Origin: a virus | Taxonomy: Duplodnaviria > Heunggongvirae > Uroviricota > Caudoviricetes | Virus record (IMG/VR): IMGVR_UViG_2778261529_000004 | Length of the DNA stretch: 49,037 nucleotides | Reading direction: 5' to 3' (one strand) | In this document: positions 1 through 9,950 of the stretch, one piece after another | Layout of the letters: the number at the start of each line of letters is the position of its first letter | Numbering within the stretch: position 1 is the stretch's first letter | The notes under the pieces: model-generated | Told to the model about the DNA's origin: nothing | Seen by the model: the letters and a program-made list of their open reading frames with translations, nothing else | Database searches by the model: none | Program-made: the position numbers and the translations under genes

Positions 1-1236
1 CTACGATAACCGCGCATTCAACATGGCTATCTGTTCGTCGTTCATGTCATCAATCCACATACCGTAAATTTCATACACCATCTGCGCAGTTTCATGCCCC
101 ATTTGGCTGGCTATAAATGCCGGGTTCGCTCCTGCCGTCAACAGCCAGCAGGCAAAAGTATGCCGCGTATGGTACGGATTACGGCGGCGAATACCAGCAC
201 GTTTTACTGCTGCATTCCACCTTGCCCCCAAACTGCTTACCGAGTAATAAGGTTTCTGTTTTCCGTTACACACCCTTGGCATGAAAACAAAATGCAGTTT
301 TTGCTTTTCGGTTCTGCCGTACTCCCGATGATAAAAGGTGATTTCGCTTTTGCGATGATGCCCGGTCAGTTTGTATTGCTCCTTCAGTGCTTCAAGAGCA
401 GGCTGCAGTAATGTTACCGTCCGGATCCCGGCATTTGTTTTTGGGGGACCGAACATATCAAGTATCGTCAGGTTTCTTCTGACATTCACAATTCCCTTCT
501 CGAAATCCACATCCTCCCACGCCAGAGCTGCCAGTTCCCCGTGACGAAGCCCGGAGTAAACGGCAAATTTCCACAAGTTTTGGCTCTGTCCTTTTTCACT
601 TTCCATTAATGCATTGAATTCTGTTTTAGATAACGGGTCAGGCTTTATTCTGTTTCGCTGTAATTTTTTTACTCCTTCAAATGGTTTGGTTGATATAAAT
701 CCCGACTGATACGCAAAACGTAACAGCGAACAGAGCAGGGCGATATAGTTATCAACTGTGCGCACGGTTCTTCCTTTTTTGTTGGATCTTGGATTATCCA
801 GGTAAAGCGTTTCTCCATGCAGCAGTTCATTCCGGTAGTTTAAGATATCGCTATAACGAATATATGATATCGGGGTACTTTCACAAATTATTATTCTGAG
901 TGTTTTTAATTGTGATTTCGTTTTCTTCATTGTGTTTGTTGTTAACTCTGTCTCTTTAATTTTTGTCCAGATATCACAAAGCTCCCCGAACGTTTTTATG
1001 ACTCTCGTTGTCACCATTTTTGCCCCAGTGCTGGACTGGGGAAAACGTCTTAAATACTCAAATTCACCGGAGTTTATTTCATGAACTATCAGCGCTCTTA
1101 AATTTCCGGCCTTTTTAATATTACTGTTTGTAATCTCCCAGCCTTTTAATGTTTCCCGACATCGTTTTCCTCGAAACATGAACCAGATGCGAATGTTTCT
1201 ACCTCTAATCTCGACACCTGTTGGTAATTTAGACAT
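1..1236 (-). CDS. intR: Tyrosine-type phage integrase (Rac IntR-like), 411 aa
   Basis: Complete ORF ending at window edge; C-terminal catalytic region with HTRHT...Y motifs typical of tyrosine recombinases; sits at the prophage end next to an excisionase-like gene. Attachment site lies outside the window. Confidence 0.85.
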   Translation of the reverse strand: MSKLPTGVEIRGRNIRIWFMFRGKRCRETLKGWEITNSNIKKAGNLRALIVHEINSGEFEYLRRFPQSSTGAKMVTTRVIKTFGELCDIWTKIKETELTTNTMKKTKSQLKTLRIIICESTPISYIRYSDILNYRNELLHGETLYLDNPRSNKKGRTVRTVDNYIALLCSLLRFAYQSGFISTKPFEGVKKLQRNRIKPDPLSKTEFNALMESEKGQSQNLWKFAVYSGLRHGELAALAWEDVDFEKGIVNVRRNLTILDMFGPPKTNAGIRTVTLLQPALEALKEQYKLTGHHRKSEITFYHREYGRTEKQKLHFVFMPRVCNGKQKPYYSVSSLGARWNAAVKRAGIRRRNPYHTRHTFACWLLTAGANPAFIASQMGHETAQMVYEIYGMWIDDMNDEQIAMLNARLS

Positions 1237-1237
1237 A

Positions 1238-1477
1238 TCATGAGTCTTTGATAAACTGATTTATCTTTGGATAGTTGTACCAGATAATCCCTCGTTTGCT
1301 GTCTGGCTTACCTAAAGGAGATACTCGTTTGAAGTGGAAGCCCTCCACCCAACAGTTCTGGCGGTATGCTTCAATTTGTCTGGCCCCCAGACCAGTGCGA
1401 AGCATCAGGCCGTATTCAACCATCCACTCTTCATTAAAGATTACTTGTGCCATCGCATCACCTCTGGCAGGCGCCAA
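1238..1477 (-). CDS. Excisionase-like small DNA-binding protein (ydaQ/xis position), 79 aa
   Basis: Small ORF immediately upstream of and co-oriented with the integrase, stop 2 nt from the integrase start; position matches xis in Rac-like prophages. Confidence 0.6.
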   Translation of the reverse strand: MAPARGDAMAQVIFNEEWMVEYGLMLRTGLGARQIEAYRQNCWVEGFHFKRVSPLGKPDSKRGIIWYNYPKINQFIKDS

Positions 1478-1552
1478 TGTTAGACTGAAATTGACGCCTG
1501 ATGTTGATTATTAATAATCAGCTATGAAGTTATAATTTGGATATAATGCAAC

Positions 1553-1741
1553 TCACGAGGGCCGAAGTTTCTCGCAATTAAAATTTATCAGCTTTACTTT
1601 CTGCTCTCTGGAAACGCCTGCTTCTTTTTTCCCCGAGAGCATTTTTTCGCATTCTGATTTAGTTAGTTTAGATTTTGAATATCTTGTCCAGTTAGTAGGA
1701 GTGCCACCTTCCTTTTCAATAGTGGCGGTAATTTTATACAT
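1553..1741 (-). CDS. Hypothetical small protein (ydaC position)
   Basis: Track ORF 1553..1813; preferred start at the internal ATG preceded by GGAGG a few nt after the Lar stop. Start is uncertain. Confidence 0.45.
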   Translation of the reverse strand: MYKITATIEKEGGTPTNWTRYSKSKLTKSECEKMLSGKKEAGVSREQKVKLINFNCEKLRPS

Positions 1742-1928
1742 GAACACCTCCATTATTATTTCCAGTGGTTCGTTTATTCCATCGTTCGAGTGCTTCTTTT
1801 TCACTTCCACCATAGCCGGTTCGGGATTCGCATCCGTTACACTTCGCGCGGTAATATCCTGAAATGGCTTTCACCGTTACTGATGGACAACCACAAAAAG
1901 GGCATGGTTTGACTTTTTCATACCGCAT
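1734..1928 (-). CDS. ralR: Restriction alleviation protein Lar/RalR family
   Basis: Translation MRYEKVKPCPFCGCPSVTVKAISGYYRAKCNGCESRTGYGG... has the Cys-rich zinc-finger core remembered for Rac RalR; lies between recT and xis as in Rac. Track ORF extends to 1943; start chosen by remembered homology. Confidence 0.7.
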   Translation of the reverse strand: MRYEKVKPCPFCGCPSVTVKAISGYYRAKCNGCESRTGYGGSEKEALERWNKRTTGNNNGGVHV

Positions 1929-1991
1929 TGTCTTTTCTCTCATATAATAAAGTTTTGTGATGGCGGTGAGGCTACACCGCCAAAGTCAATA

Positions 1992-3095
1992 TCAGGAGCC
2001 GATATATTCTGGTTTCATATCTGTCAGTGTCGTTTTATACGCCTCATATAATTCACCCAGATGTGGTCGTGCAGCATTCAGCGTATTTTCCAGAGCAGTA
2101 AATTTTTGTTCTGCTTCTGGATCACCTGATGAAGGCAGGTCATTTATCATCTTCTCGATACTGGCAATAGCATTGAGACGGTGATGACGCCGAACCACTT
2201 TTCCTTTAAGCTCGGCAAAGAATTCGCCGATCTGGTTTTTCTGATCCTCTATCTCTTGGCGTAATGCAGTGGTTTCCTCAGTCGTGGCCGCGCTTTCTAT
2301 ACGCTGCCGGAATTCATCAATCCACGCTTCGTCAATACGCTGTTCGATGGTTTCTGTTCGCTGCTCGCTTACCTCGCTATAATTCTGTACCGACACAGGA
2401 TTGATGATTTTTTCCTGTGGCTCTTCCAGTTCGTCCGGGGTATACACGCCCAGGATGACGTCAGGACAATAAAGGCGAGCCCAGTATTTCAACGCCAGAT
2501 AGGCGAGCTGTTGTTTCGGGTTTGAGGTCCATAAAGGAGAATTACGCGTAATCACGCTGGAAAGAAACACCGGTTCTCCCCAGGTAATCTCACTTTCACC
2601 GCGAAGAACTGCACCAACTCGAACTGAGAGACCATACTCATCTTCACTGGTCCAACATGGGATCGTTTCTTTTTTCTCATAGATTCCGCCTCCTTTGGCC
2701 GTTTTCTTAACGATCTCCACTCGGGTGCGAGAGCATTTCTCCCAGTCTCCCTCGTACTTGTAATGGAAGCGACCTACAATTGCACTTGAGCTAGAGATCA
2801 CAGCGTTAACCAGTTGTGCTTCATAACCCAGAACTCCGTTTACCAGGTGTGTTTTCTGAGCCACAGCGTAGGGGTTCATGCCCCATTGCATAGCTTGCAT
2901 GATGATTGCCATGCAGTCGGCAGGATTTCCGCGAAGGTGATCGGGAACTGTGACGGTGGCCTGTGCCATCAACCCGGCTACTGCCTGAAGTTGCGTCAAC
3001 GCCTGAACGTTAAAAATAGTGTTACTGGCAGAAATGGTATTTGGTGTCTGCTCTGTCGTGATGATATTGGTATTTTGCATGGTCAGGTTCTCCAT
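1992..3095 (-). CDS. recT: RecT/Red-beta family single-strand annealing protein, 367 aa
   Basis: Motifs resembling lambda Bet/RecT (QWGMNPY... and SNPKQQLAYLALKYWARLY); immediately downstream of and overlapping a RecE-like exonuclease gene. Confidence 0.7.
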   Translation of the reverse strand: MENLTMQNTNIITTEQTPNTISASNTIFNVQALTQLQAVAGLMAQATVTVPDHLRGNPADCMAIIMQAMQWGMNPYAVAQKTHLVNGVLGYEAQLVNAVISSSSAIVGRFHYKYEGDWEKCSRTRVEIVKKTAKGGGIYEKKETIPCWTSEDEYGLSVRVGAVLRGESEITWGEPVFLSSVITRNSPLWTSNPKQQLAYLALKYWARLYCPDVILGVYTPDELEEPQEKIINPVSVQNYSEVSEQRTETIEQRIDEAWIDEFRQRIESAATTEETTALRQEIEDQKNQIGEFFAELKGKVVRRHHRLNAIASIEKMINDLPSSGDPEAEQKFTALENTLNAARPHLGELYEAYKTTLTDMKPEYIGS

Positions 3096-6000
3096 TAAGC
3101 CAGATGCAGTGCTTCAAGACGACGAAGATCAAAGTCGTTTAATTCGTCGGTATAACTTTCGGTAATCGGTGCTGGCCAGTTGTTTGTCTCTAGAGCTTCG
3201 TTTATCTGGCGTAGCGTCCGGCGATATTCCTGTCGACCAAGTTCAAGGAGTTCCTGCGAGGCTTCCACGACTGCCACCCAGTGATAGCCAGCATCTTTGT
3301 TGACGAAGATCCAGAAAAATTTGTCCAGGTTTGCCACATCGCAATACATTGCGGCGCTGAGGTGATAATCACGCTCAATAATTTCACGGTGCAGGCGATC
3401 TTTAAGTCGTTCCTGCCGCACATAACCGAGGCTGACTGACTTCACGTCAGCGCAAATGCTTTCGTATGGCAGCCGGATTTCGATATCAGGACGGACCCTG
3501 ATTTCCAGCCCGGTTTCTTCATCAAACCCGAAATAGCTGATTTCAGATTTGCGATCCGGGTGGTTGAGTAGCCTTGCTGCATCGGTATTGTTTTGCAGTG
3601 CCGCGTGAATATTTTTTGCCTGTTCATACATATCCGGACTGATAAACGTTTTCCCGGCGTTTTCTTCTTGCTGGCGTTTTTGCCAGTCCTCCAGTGTCAC
3701 CAGTTCCGGGCGAATTTTCCGTGCGATTTCGGTTAATTGCTCTTTTGTGCCACTGATGTTGTAAGGCAAAGATTTAGCACGTTCTTTTTTTGCCAGTTCT
3801 GGATCTACAGTTTCAATTTGATCCAGAAGCTGCTCCCGTGCTCCACTGGTTTTCAACAGAGGAGGGAGGCTTGCGTTGTATTCTTTAATACAGGCTTTCA
3901 TTGCTGATGCTGTGTGTTTTTCCCCCTCAGGAATACGCCGAAATTCCACCGGAAGCGAACCGTAAAGGATGCCTGTTTCTTCGGCCCCAGCACTTACAGA
4001 CAGTGGCTGTATAAGAGTGCTGTTGTAGCTTTCGATCCACTCTTTCATCTGCTCTGGTGTCATCAGTGCTGGCAGACTGGCATTGTGTTTTTTAATGATG
4101 GCGATCAGTTCGTTAGAAGTAGTAACCACATATTCAGGAACCGGTACCGGAATGGCATATTCATCTGCGAATTTATCCGTTTCCAGAACATAGCTGTGAA
4201 TGATCCGCCCACGCAGCAGTGCATCACTTTCCTCGTTCGGAATAGTTCCGGCAATGTGCCGCCCGTGGTAATACATCAGGCTGATACGGGCATCCTTCAG
4301 CATCGTGCTGCTTATTCCGTTGGCGGAGTGATAAACCTCGTTCGGGAGGTTTTCATAGCGGCCTGGCTCGAAATATGACGGCCACATGATTTCAGTTGCT
4401 ACAGGAGCTGACGCTTCGCCAGTTTCATCACTGCAATTGCGATGCGGATCGCTGTCAGCATTCTCATTGTGCTGATGTTCAGCGCCTTCCATTTCCTCCG
4501 GATCTTTTTCCAGAGATTCATCCAGATTTTCTTCATTAAATGTTTCCTGATACGTTGCGTCGCCCATCGCCGCGCCACAATCAGGGCAGTTGCCCCCACC
4601 GCTCTGACCGCAGGCGGTGCAGACTTTTTCCGGTTCTTGTTGCTCTTCTGGTTCAGGCTGTTTCGTTTCTGGCTCGTTTTGTTGCGTATTTGGGCTGTTT
4701 TGTTCCGCTTTCTTGTCGTTCTGTTCCGTTTCTTGCTGGTTCTGGTTCACAGAGTCGAGGGTTTCAATCCCCTTAACCCATTTCGGATCGTTCGGGTCGC
4801 TAATCCCTTCAACAAATTCTCCGCGAGAGGCAGCCAGTAATTTGTCTGCATCGACAGGATTTTTGGGCGGAATGTTTTTCCGGGCTTCATGGAGTTCTGC
4901 CCGCAGTTTCTGATATTTCGCATCAACAGAATTTACCTGTGACTGAGCATCCAGCGGCTGCGTGTTCTGATGATGTTCAGTTGCATTCGGTTCCACTGTT
5001 TCAGCCGTTGCCTGTTCATCTGCCATTGCGCCAGATGGTTGTGGTTTTTCTTCATCGTCCTGTTTTCCTTCTTCTGTTACTCGCTGCGGCATCGGGGCAG
5101 AGGAGCGACCGCAGGCAATATCCACGATTTCCGGATCAGGGTTGGCATGATCGGTTTCAGTCAGTACTTTGTTCAGATATTCAGTGACGTGTGCGGGGAT
5201 GACCTCGATCCCAATTGGTGCTTCTTTCACGGACGCAACCACGATGGCGCGGGAATAATCCAGCCCGCCAGGCATGGTGATGAATTTGTCGCGGAAAACA
5301 GAAAAGGGTGGTTTATTTTCAGCGATAATTTCCTCAATGCGTTTAGCGTGTGCCGGATGAAGGTTATAGATGTCCACGTCCATTGAACGGGCCAGTACGC
5401 CAGTGGCTACATCGCGCGCCAGTGACGTCAGATCGTGGACGAAACCTTCGCCGCGATCGGTGAGGTTCCCGCCGCCAGCATTAGCACCAGAAGCCGTGCG
5501 AGTGATGCGTGAAACACGATTCCCTTTTCGCCATTCTTTTGTCAGAAGACCGCGATCAATGTGTTCGGTATCCAGCCAGGCTGAAATGAAATTCTTAAAT
5601 TCATAGGGCTGATGTTTTTTCGTGATAGAGAACACTGCCTTAATTGCATCAGTCAGGCGGAGCAGGGCGGCATTATCCAGAGTTGTCGGTTCTGCCATGC
5701 TGCGTATGGCCAACAGCAGATTCTGGACATAGCTGTTTTCCTGATCCATCTCAAGAGCAGTAATGTGTTTGCGTTGTTCACGGGTGGCATGATGCAGGTA
5801 TTTCCGATCCCCGGCTGCATACGTAAAAATGTGCAGAAGACGCTGTGTGAACCGCAAAGTGGCTACAGAGACTTCGCAATCCTGGCAATCCTCCTGGGCG
5901 TCTGCCTGCGCGTTTTCTTCCTGGCCTCCCGCCAGTTCTTTGGTTTCTTGAGCATTATCCTGGTGGTGAACGTCGTCTGGCGCTGCTCCCGGTTTTAGTT

Positions 6001-6262
6001 CCCAGGTCATGGAGTCTTTGCTGAGTTGATAGCGTTCACTCCAGGTAAAATCGATCTCACCTTCAGGGGGAAGGTCATTAACGACAGGAAAATTCGTGGC
6101 AACAGCTTTAAAATAGCTGCTCAGTTTTTTACCTGACTTAACGATCAGGTAGTCCAGAGTGGCACAGGTCGATTCAAAATCGTCGCTTGCCCACAGGACG
6201 ACGTCAGGTTCACCGGATGATTTTTTCGCTTTCCGTAACAGGAAGAGTGGTTTTGTGCTCAT
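3095..6262 (-). CDS. recE: RecE-like exonuclease VIII (PD-(D/E)xK C-terminal domain), 1055 aa
   Basis: Large ORF with a long acidic/Q-rich low-complexity middle, an internal CxxC...CxxC cluster ([19 protein letters not shown]) and a C-terminal nuclease-like domain; paired with recT. Confidence 0.65.
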   Translation of the reverse strand: MSTKPLFLLRKAKKSSGEPDVVLWASDDFESTCATLDYLIVKSGKKLSSYFKAVATNFPVVNDLPPEGEIDFTWSERYQLSKDSMTWELKPGAAPDDVHHQDNAQETKELAGGQEENAQADAQEDCQDCEVSVATLRFTQRLLHIFTYAAGDRKYLHHATREQRKHITALEMDQENSYVQNLLLAIRSMAEPTTLDNAALLRLTDAIKAVFSITKKHQPYEFKNFISAWLDTEHIDRGLLTKEWRKGNRVSRITRTASGANAGGGNLTDRGEGFVHDLTSLARDVATGVLARSMDVDIYNLHPAHAKRIEEIIAENKPPFSVFRDKFITMPGGLDYSRAIVVASVKEAPIGIEVIPAHVTEYLNKVLTETDHANPDPEIVDIACGRSSAPMPQRVTEEGKQDDEEKPQPSGAMADEQATAETVEPNATEHHQNTQPLDAQSQVNSVDAKYQKLRAELHEARKNIPPKNPVDADKLLAASRGEFVEGISDPNDPKWVKGIETLDSVNQNQQETEQNDKKAEQNSPNTQQNEPETKQPEPEEQQEPEKVCTACGQSGGGNCPDCGAAMGDATYQETFNEENLDESLEKDPEEMEGAEHQHNENADSDPHRNCSDETGEASAPVATEIMWPSYFEPGRYENLPNEVYHSANGISSTMLKDARISLMYYHGRHIAGTIPNEESDALLRGRIIHSYVLETDKFADEYAIPVPVPEYVVTTSNELIAIIKKHNASLPALMTPEQMKEWIESYNSTLIQPLSVSAGAEETGILYGSLPVEFRRIPEGEKHTASAMKACIKEYNASLPPLLKTSGAREQLLDQIETVDPELAKKERAKSLPYNISGTKEQLTEIARKIRPELVTLEDWQKRQQEENAGKTFISPDMYEQAKNIHAALQNNTDAARLLNHPDRKSEISYFGFDEETGLEIRVRPDIEIRLPYESICADVKSVSLGYVRQERLKDRLHREIIERDYHLSAAMYCDVANLDKFFWIFVNKDAGYHWVAVVEASQELLELGRQEYRRTLRQINEALETNNWPAPITESYTDELNDFDLRRLEALHLA

Positions 6263-6361
6263 TGTTTTTTAACCTCAACTCAGATTAAAATTACTGCGAG
6301 TGATGAATTAATGTCCCAGGTTCTTCACTCAGGCCTGCACACTGTGCAGGCTTTCTTTTTT

Positions 6362-6637
6362 TCAGATTTCACCGTTTAATTTCATTGCGATCAGAGTTGC
6401 CAGAAATCCGGCTTTTTTTTCTGCGGGCAGATTCTTTCCGATGTGAACCAGGCACATTTTTGTGACACCTTCATCAAGTGTTTTTACGTTGCCTGATGGA
6501 CCATCGATATCAACCACAGTGAATGGGGTTTCTTTATTTTCTGTTTTAATTACGTAGCCAATGCGCTTTCCTTCCAGATTCACCTCGTGAACAATGTCAT
6601 CGGTAGTTACAACAGTGGCTTCATAATTGGTAATCAT
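6362..6637 (-). CDS. racC: RacC-like protein
   Basis: Translation from MITNYEATVVTTDDIVHEVNLEGKRIGYVIKTENKETPF... matches remembered Rac RacC; track ORF extends upstream to 6685. Confidence 0.6.
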   Translation of the reverse strand: MITNYEATVVTTDDIVHEVNLEGKRIGYVIKTENKETPFTVVDIDGPSGNVKTLDEGVTKMCLVHIGKNLPAEKKAGFLATLIAMKLNGEI

Positions 6638-6711
6638 GTTTTTCTCCTTAATTAAGGTTGAGCGAATCTCTACCATTTCTGGCATAAATTCAGTTTCGAA
6701 TAGTCAATTAA

Positions 6712-6882
6712 TTAAAGTTCGTGTGCCATCTGGTCTTTTTCGGCACAAGCTTCACTGCAATATTTTCTCGGTTCGTCTTTTGATAAAGTCCCGTGCATGA
6801 AGTGAAGCATTCTTTCAATAGCTTTGCTTTCTTCAACGTCTTTTTTGCAAAGGTGGTAAGCACATTTTATTTTCTTAGTCAT
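6712..6882 (-). CDS. ydaE: YdaE-like small zinc-binding protein, 56 aa
   Basis: Hand-translated ORF below the 60-aa track cut-off: [56 protein letters not shown]; start overlaps the kilR stop (TGATG). Confidence 0.5.
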   Translation of the reverse strand: MTKKIKCAYHLCKKDVEESKAIERMLHFMHGTLSKDEPRKYCSEACAEKDQMAHEL

Positions 6883-7103
6883 CACCATGACTCCGCCTTT
6901 ACAGGTAAACCATCACGACCGAGGAAGACTTTAATCATGCGGTCAGTAATGCATGTTTTTGTGGTCAGGTTACGAATATAAAGTTTTCGCTTTTTAATAT
7001 TGTTTGCCGAGGCAATATATGTCCGGCCTTCATGAAGAACATAGTCACCAGGAGTCACACACTGACGTGGTATTTCATCAGTTCCGAAGTGATGTGCAAT
7101 CAT
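6882..7103 (-). CDS. kilR: KilR-like cell-division inhibitor (host-killing protein of Rac)
   Basis: Translation [73 protein letters not shown] matches remembered KilR; track ORF starts 4 codons upstream. Confidence 0.65.
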   Translation of the reverse strand: MIAHHFGTDEIPRQCVTPGDYVLHEGRTYIASANNIKKRKLYIRNLTTKTCITDRMIKVFLGRDGLPVKAESW

Positions 7104-7511
7104 AATTATCTCCATTTTTACAAATGAACTTTGTTGATGCGGTGCCTGGTGCCTCCAGGTGACGTTAACCAGTTAACAATTAACGCCGGATAATCCACCC
7201 ATAACACTGATGCTTTTAACTGTGCCGCGTGCGCTTAGCCGCATTCACCGCATCACAAAATTCACTTTAAAAAGGGGCGGCAGGGCAGCCACGGAGTAGA
7301 ACTGATGCCGCCAAAGACTACACACAGCAATGTCGTTATTTACAACCGGAGGCGCACTCCCACCATTTAAATTTAACAGACAAGACCGACTCTTTATGGA
7401 TATCGGAAATGCGCCTTCGTGTTGCGCCCGGTTTTATTTCACCACCTCCGGGCTTTGGTGGTTTCTGCTATACCCCTACAGCGAGAATATTGAATTAATC
7501 CAAATAATGGA

Positions 7512-7664
7512 TTAGCAAGTATTTCTGGCAAGCCAGCGACGTGCGCCCGTTTCAGTTTTGAATGTCTTGCTTTTGGTATAAGTCATGGCGGTGAACGTTC
7601 CATCCTGGTTGGGGAACACGCCGCACACCAGGGATTCGTTATTGCCGAGGTCGATTTTTTGCAT
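7512..7664 (-). CDS. ydaF: YdaF-like small protein (about 50 aa)
   Basis: Hand-translated minus-strand ORF MQKIDLGNNESLVCGVFPNQDGTFTAMTYTKSKTFKTETGARRWLARNTC; position matches Rac ydaF. Confidence 0.4.
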   Translation of the reverse strand: MQKIDLGNNESLVCGVFPNQDGTFTAMTYTKSKTFKTETGARRWLARNTC

Positions 7665-7674
7665 TTTTCGCACC

Positions 7675-7809
7675 TCACATTTTGTTGTTGCGGATAGAGG
7701 CTTCTGCCTGCCAGAGATCCCAGTCGTTGCTGCGTAAAGCCTGCACAGCCTGGTTGTAAGTGATACCGCAACAATCCATCAAATACTGAACTACTTCGTA
7801 ATGCACCAT
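7675..7809 (-). CDS. ydaG: YdaG-like small protein (44 aa)
   Basis: Hand-translated minus-strand ORF MVHYEVVQYLMDCCGITYNQAVQALRSNDWDLWQAEASIRNNKM preceded by GGAGAG; position matches Rac ydaG. Confidence 0.4.
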   Translation of the reverse strand: MVHYEVVQYLMDCCGITYNQAVQALRSNDWDLWQAEASIRNNKM

Positions 7810-8001
7810 CTTATCTCTCCCCTTAACGCCGGGTGGCGGAACTAAAACCTACAGCGCCGTGCTGTTCTTGATGGAAATATTAGTAATGCGGATATTTTAA
7901 GTCAACAGCATAGCGTATAATATTTTTGATTTGGTAACTATGTAAATGTTTTTTCAAGGGAAAAATATTAGTTATACAGCTGATTTGCAGAAGTTATGGC
8001 A

Positions 8002-8032
8002 CAAAAAAAACCGACTAAGACGTCGGTTTTTT
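8002..8032. terminator. Candidate bidirectional intrinsic terminator downstream of the repressor gene
   Basis: A-run, hairpin CCGAC-TAAGAC-GTCGG, then a T-run. Confidence 0.5.
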
Positions 8033-8059
8033 TGTTGTGGATGGGGTAGTGAGCGGTGG

Positions 8060-8521
8060 CTACTGGTTACGTTTCTTTAGTGCCAGCATGTTCTCGAAGG
8101 CTTCCTCGTAGAGCTTGTTTAGTCCACGTAGCTGGTTAAGGAGTTTGGCTTTTTCTGACGCAGGTAGAATCTCGAAGAGGTTAAGTAACTCTGCCTGTTC
8201 TTCATTGACCAGCCTCCATCCTTTGCCTGAAAAACTATCATCATAAGTATCTGATGATCTTACATAATTCATTAAGTCTTTAAGGTCTTCTCGAATGTCC
8301 TCTGGTTTTACCTTTAACAGAACCGCAAATTTTAGCGCAGCGTCGGTATTTACCGGTATCTTGCCGTTCAGATACTGGCTAACGGTGCCTTGAGATTCGA
8401 ATCCCAACAACTCAGCCGCCAGCTCTTGAGTCAGCTTCAGCTCTTTTTTTCTTGCATTCCATGCGGCTTTTAAATTCTTGCTCGCTTCTGGAGTTGCAAT
8501 CACTTCGCGTGTTTTTTTCAT
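8060..8521 (-). CDS. racR: RacR-like prophage repressor (XRE-family HTH), 153 aa
   Basis: HTH segment LTQELAAELLGFESQGTVSQYLNGK; divergent from a Cro-like gene across an AT-rich intergenic region. Confidence 0.65.
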   Translation of the reverse strand: MKKTREVIATPEASKNLKAAWNARKKELKLTQELAAELLGFESQGTVSQYLNGKIPVNTDAALKFAVLLKVKPEDIREDLKDLMNYVRSSDTYDDSFSGKGWRLVNEEQAELLNLFEILPASEKAKLLNQLRGLNKLYEEAFENMLALKKRNQ

Positions 8522-8622
8522 ACATAGAGTTTATTTGTTTTACCAATATTATCAAAGATAGTCTGACTATTGATCTTTAAAATTAGCGGAGCTAATATTT
8601 GCTCGAGGCATAACGTAGAAGG
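8522..8622. promoter_or_regulatory. Divergent promoter/operator region of the immunity switch
   Basis: About 100-bp AT-rich intergenic region between divergent repressor and Cro-like genes; contains AAAGAT...ATCTTT inverted elements. Exact operators not resolved. Confidence 0.4.
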
Positions 8623-8904
8623 TTGGCTATGAACTTAAGAGACTATTTAAAAGAGAAACATATCACCCAGCTACAGTTTGGGAAGCTAACGGGTTTATCT
8701 CAGGTGCATGTAAGTCGAGTGCTGGGGGGCTATGAAAGATTCAGCCCTGAAAAAGCATTACGTGTTGCTGAAGTAACGAATTTCGAGGTTACACCTCATG
8801 AACTCCGGCCTGATATCTACCCGAATCCGACCGATGGTTTACCTGTTGGATGTAAGGCTAACACACAAAATGCACAGGAGTTGATTCATGAAAATCAAGC
8901 ATGA
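8623..8904 (+). CDS. ydaS: YdaS-like Cro/HTH protein, 93 aa
   Basis: N-terminal HTH (ITQLQFGKLTGLSQVHVSRVLGG); divergent from the repressor. Confidence 0.6.
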   Translation: MAMNLRDYLKEKHITQLQFGKLTGLSQVHVSRVLGGYERFSPEKALRVAEVTNFEVTPHELRPDIYPNPTDGLPVGCKANTQNAQELIHENQA

Positions 8905-9310
8905 GCACATCGAATCAGTGTTGTTAGCCCTGGCTGCTGAAAAAGGGCAGGCATGGGTAGCCAGTGCAATTACTGAAGAATATCTGCGCCAGGGGGGCGG
9001 CGAATTGCCCCTGGTACCAGGCAAGGACTGGAATAATCAGCAGAACATCTATCACCGTTGGTTAAAAGGTGAAACGAAAGCGCAAAGGGAAAAAATTCAG
9101 AAACTGATCCCTGCGGTTCTGGCAATTCTTCCGCGCGAGCTGCGTCACCGACTCTGCATCTTCGATACCCTGGAACGCCGTGCATTACTGGCGGCGCAGG
9201 AAGCGTTGAGTACGGCAATTGATGCGCATGATGATGCAGTCCAGGCCGTTTACCGGAAAGCACATTTCAGCGGTGGTGGAGCGTCCGACGATTCTGTTGT
9301 TGTTCATTAA
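8888..9310 (+). CDS. ydaT: YdaT-like protein, 140 aa
   Basis: Overlaps the ydaS-like stop; position and length match Rac ydaT. Confidence 0.55.
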   Translation: MKIKHEHIESVLLALAAEKGQAWVASAITEEYLRQGGGELPLVPGKDWNNQQNIYHRWLKGETKAQREKIQKLIPAVLAILPRELRHRLCIFDTLERRALLAAQEALSTAIDAHDDAVQAVYRKAHFSGGGASDDSVVVH

Positions 9311-9316
9311 GGTGAT

Positions 9317-9619
9317 GTGGTGATGGAAAAATATGAACTGAAAAAATACCGACTTAAAACACTGGAAGGCGAAACATTGCTTCAGCGTATAGCCCGAAAT
9401 GTTGCCTGGTATGCCATACGACTCTCTCTGCATCGCCATCTTGTTAACGGGTATCCCTCGTCAACGCTGTTGTTCATCAATATCAAAGATAAAGAAAAAG
9501 CCGCAGAACACATTCGGTGGATGGAACTGGCGCAGGGACAAGCTCTTGATATTGAGTATGGCGATGAGATCGACTACAGCAAAGCTCAACCGCTGCGCCA
9601 CGTAATTTTTAGGGGGTGA
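9317..9619 (+). CDS. Hypothetical protein, about 100 aa
   Basis: ORF in the early-right operon; no recognisable motif. Confidence 0.45.
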   Translation: MVMEKYELKKYRLKTLEGETLLQRIARNVAWYAIRLSLHRHLVNGYPSSTLLFINIKDKEKAAEHIRWMELAQGQALDIEYGDEIDYSKAQPLRHVIFRG

Positions 9620-9871
9620 TTATGACATCTTTTCTTTTAGCTTTTGTAGGGCAACGATCAGTTCATCAATTTGGGTTGCATCCATTATCAACTCTAGTTT
9701 GTGATAAGCCCCGTAATTTAGCTCCTGTGTGTGGAATTCCTGGGCAAGTATTTTTACTCCTCCGCGATTGAGCATTCCTGAGGTGCTAAAAATTTTTGAC
9801 TCGGTTCCAGTAATACTGTCCACCCAAAATTTTTGGGGGAATGGAGCAGACTTATCAAATGTAAAAGACAT
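9620..9871 (-). CDS. Hypothetical protein on the opposite strand, 83 aa
   Basis: Strong RBS (AAAGGAGG then 7 nt then ATG) on the minus strand; convergent with flanking plus-strand genes. Confidence 0.5.
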   Translation of the reverse strand: MSFTFDKSAPFPQKFWVDSITGTESKIFSTSGMLNRGGVKILAQEFHTQELNYGAYHKLELIMDATQIDELIVALQKLKEKMS

Positions 9872-9950
9872 GTCGAACCTCCTTTGGTTCTGTTGATTGG
9901 GGAATCACAGATTATATCCGGAGGAAGGTTCGACACCAGATGAGGCAATT

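Noticed and set aside
3914-5998. Multiple plus-strand ORFs (78-154 aa) inside the recE-like gene
   Set aside because: They lie antisense within a long, well-supported minus-strand gene, have low-complexity or Cys/Phe/Leu-rich translations typical of shadow ORFs, and have no RBS.
7330-7774. Track ORFs 7330..7515 (+) and 7583..7774 (-)
   Set aside because: No RBS and no recognisable features; the interval is better explained by two short minus-strand ORFs matching ydaF and ydaG in position and length.
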